The notes under the pieces were generated by a model, which ran no database searches, was not told where the DNA came from, and saw only the letters and a list, made by a program, of their open reading frames with translations. Both the position numbers and the translations under genes were made by a program. Below are positions 1 through 9,173 of a stretch of DNA of 64,000 nucleotides, piece after piece. This stretch comes from Candidatus Poseidoniaceae archaeon. GTDB lineage: Archaea > Thermoplasmatota > Poseidoniia > Poseidoniales > Poseidoniaceae. The stretch spans positions 26,192 to 90,191 of the forward strand of contig CALSPS010000006.1 in NCBI GenBank assembly GCA_943788295.1, given 5' to 3'. The stretch's first letter is position 1; the number at the start of each line of letters is the position of its first letter.

Positions 1-354
1 TTTGGGATTCGCAAAATGACCCTTCGTCCTGTCACCCCGGGGACATCTGGGTGTTTTGCCGCTTCACCATAGCGACCCCACCACACTGGTACTCGACAAG
101 GATAGGTCCCCGAATAGGTATGTTTTCCTTTGTCGGCGACCTCCACATCAACACCTCAAAATTCTATGAGCGTCCAAAGAAGCAAGGTGAGCATCGATGC
201 AACACCGAGCAGGGCAGATAACCGTGTGGCCTCCACCCGTTTCGAGAAGTTTCGCAAATACCACGTTGTTACACCAAACACCATGACCAACACCCAAAGC
301 GCATACCAAGATGCAGGATAGGTGGTCATGTGCCTCGCTGGAGAGGTTCATGTA

Positions 355-3300
355 TCATGGTTGTCCTTGGTTTCGGTCAAGGTATTGCTGGCCATAGTGC
401 ACCCATTGTTCCATTGTCCAACCTGTTGGCAAACCACCTTCAGGTAGAGGTGGATGGGAGGGTTCAGTTGTTTGTTCGGGTTCAACCGGGACAACAGTCG
501 CCTGTTCTCCGCTGGTGGATACAGGCGGGCCGCTTGAGGTGGGAGGGCCAGATTGAATTGCTTCTGGAATTTCCTTTTCTAAGGTGAAATCCACTTCCTC
601 ACTCGAACGCGATCGCAACAGAAGCACCATGAGCAGGGAGAAGGCGAGCAAGACCGCTATCCCGCCTGCGACCACTTCAACGGTCATGCTTGCTTCGTCC
701 ACCGGACGTTCTTCAAACTGGTACACCTGCGCACCTTCCCAGGTGGTTTTGCCATCATGCGATGCGATCATGAATGTAATTTTACCGTCCAATGGACCGC
801 TTAATCTGTGAAGCGTGCATGGGACATCTTGCAATTGTGGGGTGATGTGTCCAGCACTAAATGTGAGGTTTTGCCCATTCGCATCCATCAACACTCCATT
901 GCAAACGAGTTGCCAACCGTCGGGGACATTCGCCATGAACAGCACGTGTTCTGATTGGCTAGAAACGCTCGTCATGTTGACGTAGAGTGGTGCACCCGTG
1001 CCGGTGGTATGGCTCATGGAACTCGGGGCGCTGAGTTCAGCCTCGACGTGCCGTTGCTGATCCACAACAACCAACGCCTCATGTTGCAATTCATACGGTT
1101 GCATTTCTGCATTCATACCAGCAATCACTTGGAAGGTAACGACGATTCTTGTGTTGAGGATCATGTCTTTGGGAAGAATCAGGTCGACGATGAGCAGGGT
1201 GGATTGATTTGCTAACAATGTGATTGTCAGTGGTTCATTGACAGCCTTTGAACTGCTGCTTAACCCGGTGGAGAAAAACGCGACCATATCGGGAATGGGT
1301 GGGGACGCAGATACACTTGCCAATACGATGATCTCATCATCTGCTGCGTTACCGATGTTGGTTAATGTGGCATTGATGCTGACCGTTCCTCCAACGATGG
1401 CCGATGTAGATCCAAGTCCCCCTTCCAATGAAGGTATTCGAACAGATGCCGTAATGGTGTCAAAAGTCACACTGTTGTCATCAGGGTTCAAATCTTCGAG
1501 ACCGAGGGCGTTTTCGGTGCTGATTGTAATGGTGTGGACTTCACTTGCTGCTTCTTCACTCGGCACCAAGACCCATAATTCAACGGTGGCGTTGTTCTCT
1601 AAATCATAAGGTGCAGACAGTGCAATGGTTCCATCATGTTGAGCGCCATCCACAGTCACCCATGTGCTCCAAGCTAACGGGAGATCAATTGTGTCGACGC
1701 TAGCCTCAATAGGCCCATTGCCATTATTGACCACTTCAAGGAGGATACGATTGGCAGTGCCGGGTCTCAATTTTGAAGGTGATTCTAACAGTTCAAGTGA
1801 AAGATCACTGATCGTTCGTACCACGATAGAATCAAAGTCATCGCCTGCGATTGTCATCCCGCTTCGTTCAGAAGTAATCTGGGGTGTGATCGTTGGTGCT
1901 TTATCGCCTGCCTGGCCGGTTTCGGGAGCGGTAATTTTTGCAGTGAAGGTTGTGGTTGCTCCCGGATTGATGACTGCGTCGGGGCGCGTTGGTTGTTCAA
2001 TGGCCCATAGCGATGATGTATCATGAAGGATTTCCATTGAAAATATATCTTGGCGGGAGGCATTATTCCAAATTGTAAATTCTATGGTTTTGGTTTCACC
2101 AGCATCGACCATCCAATCCTTTGATGCTTGGTTGTGGGTCATGCCCACCTCGGCTTCGCTGATCATTGATGCGGCAACATCGATGACTAATCCATGTGAT
2201 TTGGCTGAATTGTTTTGTGATTGGGCGATCATGGTGAACGAAACCACCGTGTCTGGGGTTGCTGTTGAGGGAACTGTCATTGTGAGGCCAACCATTACTG
2301 GGGTGTCAGGGCGAACGAGGATCGATTCTGATTGAGTCCACGACAACTGAACCATCCATTGCTCTGGTAAGCCTAAATGATCCAGCGAGAGATCAAACAC
2401 ATCGGTTGCGTCTCCAATGTTCCTTACTTCTATTTCGAAGGGGCAAGTGTAGCCCGGCGGGCATGATGGGCGTGTTTCGGGCTGCACGACCAATGGCTCA
2501 CGGTCCGGTAACACTTGGTACTGAACCGGTAATGTCGTGTTGATGGATTGATATTGACTTGATGTTCCTATGAACGTCATTTGTTCAAAACCGGTTGTTG
2601 CATTTTCATCCGGCTTTATTTTTACATCAATGGTTTTGCTCTCACCCGGTGCAAGCAAGACCCCGGTCTGTTCGTTGATCGAAACACCTGTTGGATGAGC
2701 GTAATACACCTCCCAATCGGCCGGCAATTGTTCGACAGAAGGAAGCACATAATCCGAAATGTTACCTTCATTGGTTAAACTCACGCTTACCGTTCCCCAT
2801 TCATTTGGCAAGGAACCCATTGTGGATACACCTGTCGATGAAAGTGCATATTCGAGGGGCTTGACTTTTTGGTCGTACACAATGACAATGTCATCCAGCC
2901 AAAAGCCCACATCATTGACTGATGCGTCAGTTGTAAGAATAAATCTAAATTTTGTTGAGGGCGAAAATCCACTCTGTGGGGCAGGAATCAGCGGTGATGA
3001 TGTGCCCTGATTGTTGACAGAAAATGTTTGCCATGATGCACCATCGATGAACACTTGGTCTATGGTTCCGGAGATCGTAGCAAGTTCTGTGTTGGTTCCA
3101 GCGTTGTTTTGAACATAGACTTTCAGTTCATCACCAGGTTGTGAACTTCCAGTGTAAAAGAATGAGAGTCCATTGGTCTGAAGAGGGGCTATGACCGCGT
3201 CAGACATATCGAAGGCTGGTGTTTCAAGAACACTTGATGTTGATGCAGAATACGTCGACGCTTCACCATTGCCAGCGTGACAAGCAGTTCCTTGAGACAA

Positions 3301-3915
3301 CGATGTGTCGGTGCTCATTCCCCATTCATTTGTGGTGGTCCACTGTGTGAGATCATTGCAATTGAAGTAATGAGAAGCCACTGTAAAATGACGGTTTCTT
3401 TGGTTATTTGAAGGGACATCATCGAGGATTGTAGAAGTGCCAATGACCTGGATCGAGTGGTTTCCTGAATAAGTAGGAGTAAAGGTGAACCCAATCGAAT
3501 TTGACGCACCACCAGACAATCCTGCCATTTGTTGAGTGATGTTGATCATCTCGAAGAGCTGGTATTCATTGTGAAGAACCTTCAAGTTCACATCAATGGT
3601 CCCGGATGGACTTGTTCCTCGGTTTTCTAACGTCACTTCAGCATAGATGGGGACATTGACAACTGCGTCGATGACATACAATTCAGCAGGCCGGTTGAAT
3701 GCGGGAATGGGGTGGTTTGAAGAGAACATCCGGTATTTTCCTTCATCCGCACTCGATGTGTATGAAAAGGATGTGTTCGATACTGTGACGTCGACACCTG
3801 TGGCTTTCGCATTGCTCTGGAGAGGTGATCCTTCTTCAGGCGCCAGTTGCGTTATTGGACTTGCAGTGCTCAGGACGAACAGAAGAACCAACAAAATTGC
3901 GGGGGCTCTTTTCAT
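355..3915 (-). CDS. Giant secreted cell-surface protein. It has an N-terminal signal peptide and long Thr/Ser-rich beta-sandwich (Ig-like) repeat regions. The C-terminal TM helix is followed by a Pro-rich cytoplasmic tail.
   Basis: ORF 355..3987 (1210 aa). The likely true start is the internal ATG at 3915 (MKRAPAILLVLLFVLSTASP, a signal peptide), verified on the minus strand. There is a C-terminal hydrophobic helix (GGIAVLLAFSLLMVLLL) followed by a PPTSSGPPVS...PPLPEGGLP tail. Confidence 0.6.
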   Translation of the reverse strand: MKRAPAILLVLLFVLSTASPITQLAPEEGSPLQSNAKATGVDVTVSNTSFSYTSSADEGKYRMFSSNHPIPAFNRPAELYVIDAVVNVPIYAEVTLENRGTSPSGTIDVNLKVLHNEYQLFEMINITQQMAGLSGGASNSIGFTFTPTYSGNHSIQVIGTSTILDDVPSNNQRNRHFTVASHYFNCNDLTQWTTTNEWGMSTDTSLSQGTACHAGNGEASTYSASTSSVLETPAFDMSDAVIAPLQTNGLSFFYTGSSQPGDELKVYVQNNAGTNTELATISGTIDQVFIDGASWQTFSVNNQGTSSPLIPAPQSGFSPSTKFRFILTTDASVNDVGFWLDDIVIVYDQKVKPLEYALSSTGVSTMGSLPNEWGTVSVSLTNEGNISDYVLPSVEQLPADWEVYYAHPTGVSINEQTGVLLAPGESKTIDVKIKPDENATTGFEQMTFIGTSSQYQSINTTLPVQYQVLPDREPLVVQPETRPSCPPGYTCPFEIEVRNIGDATDVFDLSLDHLGLPEQWMVQLSWTQSESILVRPDTPVMVGLTMTVPSTATPDTVVSFTMIAQSQNNSAKSHGLVIDVAASMISEAEVGMTHNQASKDWMVDAGETKTIEFTIWNNASRQDIFSMEILHDTSSLWAIEQPTRPDAVINPGATTTFTAKITAPETGQAGDKAPTITPQITSERSGMTIAGDDFDSIVVRTISDLSLELLESPSKLRPGTANRILLEVVNNGNGPIEASVDTIDLPLAWSTWVTVDGAQHDGTIALSAPYDLENNATVELWVLVPSEEAASEVHTITISTENALGLEDLNPDDNSVTFDTITASVRIPSLEGGLGSTSAIVGGTVSINATLTNIGNAADDEIIVLASVSASPPIPDMVAFFSTGLSSSSKAVNEPLTITLLANQSTLLIVDLILPKDMILNTRIVVTFQVIAGMNAEMQPYELQHEALVVVDQQRHVEAELSAPSSMSHTTGTGAPLYVNMTSVSSQSEHVLFMANVPDGWQLVCNGVLMDANGQNLTFSAGHITPQLQDVPCTLHRLSGPLDGKITFMIASHDGKTTWEGAQVYQFEERPVDEASMTVEVVAGGIAVLLAFSLLMVLLLRSRSSEEVDFTLEKEIPEAIQSGPPTSSGPPVSTSGEQATVVPVEPEQTTEPSHPPLPEGGLPTGWTMEQWVHYGQQYLDRNQGQP

Positions 3916-3961
3916 GGCGCTCGCTTTGCTACACCGCTTCAAGGTATATGAGGAGAGTGGC

Positions 3962-4828
3962 TCATTCCTTTTCCGAAATGGATTCACGCCCTAGAGCATT
4001 TTCAATGTCGTCTTCAGACTCTTTGAGTTTGACAGCATCTCGCTTTTCCTTGGCATTGGCTGCCCAATACACCGTAAAAGATGGGACTAAAACCATGGAG
4101 AAACATCCCGCAACGGCAGCTAAGGCCCACAAAAATTCTGTGGCGGCATCAACAGAAAACGGTTCTATGGTTGCGAAGGCTTCATTCACGGTCGTGATGC
4201 TCATTGCGGGTGCGGTTGTTCGGTTGCCACGTTCAATAATCTCAACCCTAAGAAGCGAGGGTGAGTGCTCATATTCAATCGCTTCTTCAGCCTTAACTTG
4301 TGCATCTTCAATGGTTTGAGCGTAGACAGTACCGTTTGATCGTCGGGCTGGATCTGTGCTTGTCAGGGCATTTATTCGCACATCGCCTCCATCCTCGGCA
4401 ATGTAGGAGTGAGAATTGTTCTTTTGGCAAGATTCTCTGCAGCTAAATCCATCAGCATCTGCAGTCCCTAAAAGGGGATGGCTGAACAAGCCCGCGCCGT
4501 TGATTAACCGGACCTCGGCACCATTCGATACTTCTGCTGCGGTCAAATTCACCCAGGTCAAATTTGCTCCATTTGCCGGCACTGACCACGTCCAAGTCGT
4601 CATATTCTGATCCTCTTGGTAGATTCGTGTGGGTTCGATCCCATCGTGAACGGTGGTTTCAGCATCTGTATCGTAGAGGTAATAGGAAGGGGAGACAGTA
4701 GCACCGTAAACGGCGTATGAGAGCATGAAAATAAGGGTGAAAGAGAGTCCTAATAGGGTTCGCAACAGGTTCGGGTTTTGAGCCAAAGCCTTCCTCATCA
4801 GGGTAAGCAAGGACACGCCCTTCATCAA
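3962..4828 (-). CDS. Hypothetical membrane-anchored protein. It has N- and C-terminal TM helices and an extracellular Asn/Thr-rich domain.
   Basis: 288-aa ORF with hydrophobic segments near both ends (LLGLSFTLIFMLSYAVYG and LWALAAVAGCFSMVLVPSFTVYWAA). It sits immediately upstream of the giant surface protein on the same strand. Confidence 0.45.
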   Translation of the reverse strand: MMKGVSLLTLMRKALAQNPNLLRTLLGLSFTLIFMLSYAVYGATVSPSYYLYDTDAETTVHDGIEPTRIYQEDQNMTTWTWSVPANGANLTWVNLTAAEVSNGAEVRLINGAGLFSHPLLGTADADGFSCRESCQKNNSHSYIAEDGGDVRINALTSTDPARRSNGTVYAQTIEDAQVKAEEAIEYEHSPSLLRVEIIERGNRTTAPAMSITTVNEAFATIEPFSVDAATEFLWALAAVAGCFSMVLVPSFTVYWAANAKEKRDAVKLKESEDDIENALGRESISEKE

Positions 4829-4903
4829 CCCTTGTCTGCCCCATGCATCTGGTGAGAAAACGCCACACGGCGTGAGTTGTTGGACACCTTAGCACCCGCT
4901 CTC

Positions 4904-4913
4904 TTCATATAGG
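4904..4913 (+). promoter_or_regulatory. Putative archaeal TATA-like element (TTCATATAGG) about 35-40 nt upstream of the rps19e ATG
   Basis: AT-rich hexamer in otherwise GC-balanced intergenic DNA at the expected distance from the start codon; no BRE/TSS data. Confidence 0.25.
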
Positions 4914-4947
4914 GGCGTAAGGTCGGCAAATTGCTTGGTGTATTGTC

Positions 4948-5439
4948 ATGACGACTCTCTATGATATCCCCGCAGAACTCTTGAACCCTGCACTTGCTGC
5001 GCGTTTGGCTGCTGAAAAGGCTGTTGAAACCCCAGATTGGGCAGAATTTGTCAAAACTGGCGTCTCCCGTGAACGCCCTCCAAGTCAGGACAATTGGTGG
5101 TTCCTACGGTCTGCCGCACTCATGCGAAAACTCGCACGTGAAGGTCCAATCGGTGTGACCCATCTTTCCCAAGCCTATGGCGGGCGCAAGGACAATGGCG
5201 CTGCACCCAACACCCCCGGTGTCGCTTCCCGCCACATCATTCGAACCGCTCTTCAACAACTCGAAGCCTCTGGCCTCGTCGAAAAGGTGCCAACCCGAAC
5301 CGTTGACACCGAGGACGGGCCTGTTCAACTTTACGCCGGACGTCGGATCACCGCAGCCGGTCAAAAGATGATTGATTCCGTCGCTCATGAATGCCGCCCA
5401 GCGGCAGAAGAGCAATTCCCAGGACTATCCAAGTACTGA
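4948..5439 (+). CDS. rps19e: 30S ribosomal protein S19e
   Basis: 163-aa translation matches the S19e family (TLYDIPAELL..., DWAEFVKTGVSRERPP, GGRKDNGAAPN, IIRTALQQLEASGLVEK). Confidence 0.9.
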   Translation: MTTLYDIPAELLNPALAARLAAEKAVETPDWAEFVKTGVSRERPPSQDNWWFLRSAALMRKLAREGPIGVTHLSQAYGGRKDNGAAPNTPGVASRHIIRTALQQLEASGLVEKVPTRTVDTEDGPVQLYAGRRITAAGQKMIDSVAHECRPAAEEQFPGLSKY

Positions 5440-5464
5440 AGAGGACGTGAAGAGGGTGGCCAGC

Positions 5465-5824
5465 ATGTCGACATCACACGATGATGAATTGAACATGCTC
5501 CGAGAACAACGCCGGGCTGCACTCCAACAACAACTTGAGGCTCAAGCAGCACAGCAAGCTGATGCAGAAGTGCAGGCACAACAAGCACAAGTGCAAGCAG
5601 CACAACTCGATGGCGCAATGCGAACGCTTCTCTCCAATGAGGCCCGTTCTCGTCTAGCAACCGTTGCATTGGCAACACCTGCTCGTGCCGCATCCATCAA
5701 ACAGAACATCGTTCAACTCCATTCACAAGGTAAATTCCAAGCCCCAATGTCCGACGATCAACTCAAACAGTTGCTCGCATCACACTCCAAGAGCCGCCGT
5801 AGTGCGTCCATCCGAAGAATCTGA
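5465..5824 (+). CDS. PDCD5/TFAR19-like DNA-binding protein; the usual archaeal neighbour of S19e
   Basis: ORF 5372..5824 overlaps the S19e stop. The internal ATG at 5465 (verified) gives a 119-aa protein with an [16 protein letters not shown] coiled-coil N-terminus and an [33 protein letters not shown]-terminus, typical of the family. Confidence 0.7.
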   Translation: MSTSHDDELNMLREQRRAALQQQLEAQAAQQADAEVQAQQAQVQAAQLDGAMRTLLSNEARSRLATVALATPARAASIKQNIVQLHSQGKFQAPMSDDQLKQLLASHSKSRRSASIRRI

Positions 5825-5838
5825 GAAGGTGCTCGAAC

Positions 5839-5994
5839 ATGTCAAGAAATAAACCAGCAGCAAAAAAAATCCGCCTCATGAAGGCAGGCAAGCAGAATCG
5901 GCGTGTCCCAGTTTGGGTCATGCTCAAGACCGACCGAAACACTGTGTCGCATCCAAAGCGACACCACTGGCGCCGTAGTAAGCTCCAACGCTGA
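5839..5994 (+). CDS. rpl39e: 50S ribosomal protein L39e (51 aa; below the ORF-track size cutoff)
   Basis: Hand translation gives [51 protein letters not shown], the L39e signature. Both the ATG at 5839 and the TGA at 5992-5994 were checked by coordinate. Confidence 0.85.
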   Translation: MSRNKPAAKKIRLMKAGKQNRRVPVWVMLKTDRNTVSHPKRHHWRRSKLQR

Positions 5995-6005
5995 GGTGAA
6001 GAAGT

Positions 6006-6281
6006 ATGGTACGACCTAATGAATCTGAACTCATTGTCCCACTCCGAAAGGCCTGGGCCATCACCCGCTACAAGCGAGCTCCAAGAGCAATGCAAATCAT
6101 CCGCGAACACGTGATCCAGCATCTCAGTGTCAGGGAAGACGAAGAAGTGTGGATTGACCCGTCGGTCAACGAGCACATTTGGGCTCGTGGCATTGAAAAT
6201 CCACCTCGCAAAATCAAGCTTCATGTGACACGTCACGACGAGCCTGATATTCCAATCGAAGTCAAACTATCAACGGAGTGA
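6006..6281 (+). CDS. rpl31e: 50S ribosomal protein L31e
   Basis: 91-aa translation (EVWIDPSVNEHIWARGIENPPRKIKLHV) is characteristic of L31e. Confidence 0.85.
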   Translation: MVRPNESELIVPLRKAWAITRYKRAPRAMQIIREHVIQHLSVREDEEVWIDPSVNEHIWARGIENPPRKIKLHVTRHDEPDIPIEVKLSTE

Positions 6282-6287
6282 TCAATA

Positions 6288-6479
6288 ATGGGAAATATTC
6301 GACCAAGTTTTATCAAAATCCGAGCCATACACCTTGTTGAAGATCACGGAGAAAAGTTCACCGATGATTTCGAACACAACAAACAGATGGTACAACAACT
6401 CACTGATGTTGAGTCCAAGAAACTCCGCAACTGGATCGCAGGATACGTCACGCGATACCGACAACGCCGAGTCGACTGA
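6288..6479 (+). CDS. rps17e: 30S ribosomal protein S17e
   Basis: 63-aa protein MGNIRPSFIKIRAIHLVEDHGEKFTDDFEHNKQMV...LRNWIAGYVTR matches the S17e pattern (MG.IR..FIKR, FT.DFE.NK, RN.IAGY.TR). Confidence 0.8.
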   Translation: MGNIRPSFIKIRAIHLVEDHGEKFTDDFEHNKQMVQQLTDVESKKLRNWIAGYVTRYRQRRVD

Positions 6480-6493
6480 GCAGGTGCTTCGAA

Positions 6494-6724
6494 GTGGCTC
6501 TGCGGGTCAACTGGGACCGCACTCCCGTTTCTGTGCATCACGAAAGCAAAGCATTGCTTGAGTTGTTGATTCTCCACCTCAAGAACAAACACGGATTGCG
6601 CAAGCGATCCATTGTTATGGAGGACCGAGAAGAGGGTCCTGGTTTCCTCTTTTTCTTGTATCAAGCGTGTGACCCACGCTGGATTTCTGAATTCGATATC
6701 GCTCAAGTTCCCGAGGAGGAATGA
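6494..6724 (+). CDS. Hypothetical 76-aa protein. Its stop overlaps the start of the downstream methyltransferase gene (ATGA).
   Basis: ORF starts 15 nt after the rps17e stop. Its TGA overlaps the ATG at 6721, suggesting translational coupling. No recognisable motif. Confidence 0.3.
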   Translation: MALRVNWDRTPVSVHHESKALLELLILHLKNKHGLRKRSIVMEDREEGPGFLFFLYQACDPRWISEFDIAQVPEEE

Positions 6725-7566
6725 AGCCAATGGGTGACAGGAGCACACTTCCGTTACCTCAATCCACTTACAGCCTGGAAATTGTGTTGATTGGAGTGTC
6801 CCACCCAGGGAATCTGGGTGCTGTTTGTCGGAGCATGTTGAATTATGGATTTACCAACCTGAGGCTGGTGAATCCCCGATGTGAACCGGATAACATCGAA
6901 GCGAGGAACCGAGCCAAGCATGCAGGTCGTGTCCTTGACCACTGCACCACATACGATTCCCTCGACGCAGCAACCGAAGATGCATCGATCATTATTGGCA
7001 CATCAGGCAAGCGAGAAATTGGTTCAAAAACTAATTTTAGGCACTTCGTCTATCCGTGGGAACTTTCAGAACGCTTGGAAAATTTCACCGGCAAAGTTTG
7101 TCTCGTCTTTGGCGAAGAAGGAAAAGGCATGTCCACGGAAGACTTAGCGAAATGCGACTACCTCGTCACACTCCCTACATGGGAAGGCTATCCAATTGCC
7201 AACCTCTCTCATGCAGTGAATGCCTGTGTCTATGAGTTGCATCGGAACCGGGTGATTGCCAGACAGGGCAAGGAAGAAGGCTTACCCGATGTGGTACCGC
7301 TTGAGCGATCGCTCAATCCGGAGTTGAAACAGATTCTTCATCAAACGGTGCGGGAATTAGCCAACGCCCTACCCGGCAACAATGAGCGTCGCCAAAGCTT
7401 TGGACAATCCCTGACCCGTTCCATCATGCGTTCAATGCCGACTCAGGGAGAGGCGACGAGGATGATTGGAGGTCTTCTTGATGCGACAACTGCAATCCAA
7501 TACGTCGAAGGGAACGAAGCGTGGCGCAGCCAACGAAGGCGCAAGATCAGTCCTGAGGAAGAATGA
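6721..7566 (+). CDS. SpoU/TrmH-family (SPOUT) RNA 2'-O-methyltransferase, TrmJ-like
   Basis: 281-aa translation has the SPOUT signature (EIVLIGVSHPGNLGAVCRSMLNYGFTNLRLVNP ... IIIGTSGK ... LVFGEEGKG). Confidence 0.7.
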   Translation: MKPMGDRSTLPLPQSTYSLEIVLIGVSHPGNLGAVCRSMLNYGFTNLRLVNPRCEPDNIEARNRAKHAGRVLDHCTTYDSLDAATEDASIIIGTSGKREIGSKTNFRHFVYPWELSERLENFTGKVCLVFGEEGKGMSTEDLAKCDYLVTLPTWEGYPIANLSHAVNACVYELHRNRVIARQGKEEGLPDVVPLERSLNPELKQILHQTVRELANALPGNNERRQSFGQSLTRSIMRSMPTQGEATRMIGGLLDATTAIQYVEGNEAWRSQRRRKISPEEE

Positions 7567-7572
7567 ATCTTC

Positions 7573-8022
7573 TCAAGCGTGCCAAGAAGCGACGCTTTTG
7601 GGTGTTTCTCGAACATGCATGGCCACCAAACGAAGCCTGTTCCCATAGGCAGATTTGATGTGTGGCTCAACTTGCTCGAAAGCCCACTTTGCAAGATTTT
7701 CTGCTGTTGGGACAAATGGGACCACTACAGTCCTGTGGTCTGAGTCCATCATTTTGAGGGCGGAACGTGCTTGCTCATCATGCTCGTAGACCACGAAGGC
7801 GTGATCGACCACATCATGGACGTAAAGGGTAAGAATCTCACTCACATCTGAAAAATCCATCAACATTCCCTCGTCCGAAACGCCGGGATCTTGAACAACA
7901 TCTCCCTCGATTTCTGCCTCAAATCGGTAGCGGTGACCGTGCATGTGCCGACATTTGCTCTTGTGGTTTGGCACACGATGGCCAGTATCAGTCTCAATGT
8001 ATCTTCGTATTCGTGTGGTCAT
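7573..8022 (-). CDS. queD: 6-carboxy-5,6,7,8-tetrahydropterin synthase (QueD / PTPS family)
   Basis: 149-aa translation has the PTPS CxxxHGH-type motif (CRHMHGHRYRFE) and a conserved C-terminus. Its stop overlaps the queC start. Confidence 0.8.
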   Translation of the reverse strand: MTTRIRRYIETDTGHRVPNHKSKCRHMHGHRYRFEAEIEGDVVQDPGVSDEGMLMDFSDVSEILTLYVHDVVDHAFVVYEHDEQARSALKMMDSDHRTVVVPFVPTAENLAKWAFEQVEPHIKSAYGNRLRLVAMHVRETPKSVASWHA

Positions 8023-9173
8023 TGTTCCAACTCCTCAAATTCCAACGAGGCTGAATTGATGCAATATCTCATTCCGCCGTGTTCTCTTGGTCCGTCGTTG
8101 AAAATGTGACCAAGATGTGCGTCGCATTTCGAACATCGAACCTCTGTTCGAATCATGCCATGCGCACGGTCTTCTATTTGATCAATGGACGCCCTTGCAT
8201 GCTCGCTGTGGAAGGATGGCCATCCACAACCGGAATCGAATTTCATGGCAGATGTGAAGAGGTGATGGCCGCAACAGATACAACTGTAATTCCCTGGTCT
8301 TTTCTCATCCCAATACGTACCTGTGAACGCACGCTCAGTCCCACTTTCTCGCGTGACATGATATTGCAGTTGCGTTAATTTCTCTTTGTAATATGCGTCT
8401 TTGTGTTTCCGTTCTGTTTCCAAGGCTGCAGCGAGGACGGTATCCCACGGTTCAGTGTATTCTATTGGGTCGACCAAGTCAAGTGCGTTGAAAGCTAGAA
8501 TTCGTTCCACATCAGAGCCACTACGCCCTGAACTTCTCCCTTCTTGATCAGGGTTGTACGACGTGATGGTGTTTTCAAACACACGGTCAAAATTCAAGCC
8601 AGTCTTGTCGCATGAAGCCAAGGCGTCTTTCAAAATGGTTACCTTGTCTCCGTCAATGTATGGTAGATGGAACGAAACTGTGTGACTGTCCCAGTTCCCC
8701 ACTGCAAAAGCATGCTCTAGGGCTTGGTAAAATTCTGGTCGGCAATCGGGATAGATCGCATGATCTCCTGAGTGCACCCCCAAGGCAATTTCGACATTGG
8801 TCTTTTCTCGTTTGCCCACTGACAGGGCGTATCCGTAGAGGATTGATGCGAAAATGGCGTTCCTATTTGGAACGACCGTTGATTTCATCTGATCTTCTTC
8901 ATAATGGCCTTCGGGAACCACGCTGCCTTTGTTTATCAGAGAAGATTCAAACAAGTTCATCGCTGAAGTCAAATCCACAATGTGATGCTCGATACTGTGT
9001 CCTTTGTCTAGCAAGTATGCAATGTTGTTTGATGCTCTTGTCAACTCAACGCTGTGTTTTTGACCGTAATTATAGGAGATGCAACTGACCTTTTTTCCTG
9101 CCGCTAGGGCGTTCAGGAGCAGTGAAGTAGAATCCATTCCCCCAGAGAGAGCCATGACTGTACGCCCGGACAT
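8019..9173 (-). CDS. queC: 7-cyano-7-deazaguanine synthase QueC fused to a C-terminal methionine-R-sulfoxide reductase MsrB (SelR) domain
   Basis: Residues 1-~230 carry the QueC PP-loop (ALSGGMDSTSLL, YNYGQKH, VVPNRNAIFASI, SGDHAIYPDCRPEF). Residues ~262-384 are a canonical MsrB domain (CxxC...CxxC zinc site, GCGWPSF, HLGHIFNDGP, RYCINS). Confidence 0.8.
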   Translation of the reverse strand: MSGRTVMALSGGMDSTSLLLNALAAGKKVSCISYNYGQKHSVELTRASNNIAYLLDKGHSIEHHIVDLTSAMNLFESSLINKGSVVPEGHYEEDQMKSTVVPNRNAIFASILYGYALSVGKREKTNVEIALGVHSGDHAIYPDCRPEFYQALEHAFAVGNWDSHTVSFHLPYIDGDKVTILKDALASCDKTGLNFDRVFENTITSYNPDQEGRSSGRSGSDVERILAFNALDLVDPIEYTEPWDTVLAAALETERKHKDAYYKEKLTQLQYHVTRESGTERAFTGTYWDEKRPGNYSCICCGHHLFTSAMKFDSGCGWPSFHSEHARASIDQIEDRAHGMIRTEVRCSKCDAHLGHIFNDGPREHGGMRYCINSASLEFEELEQ

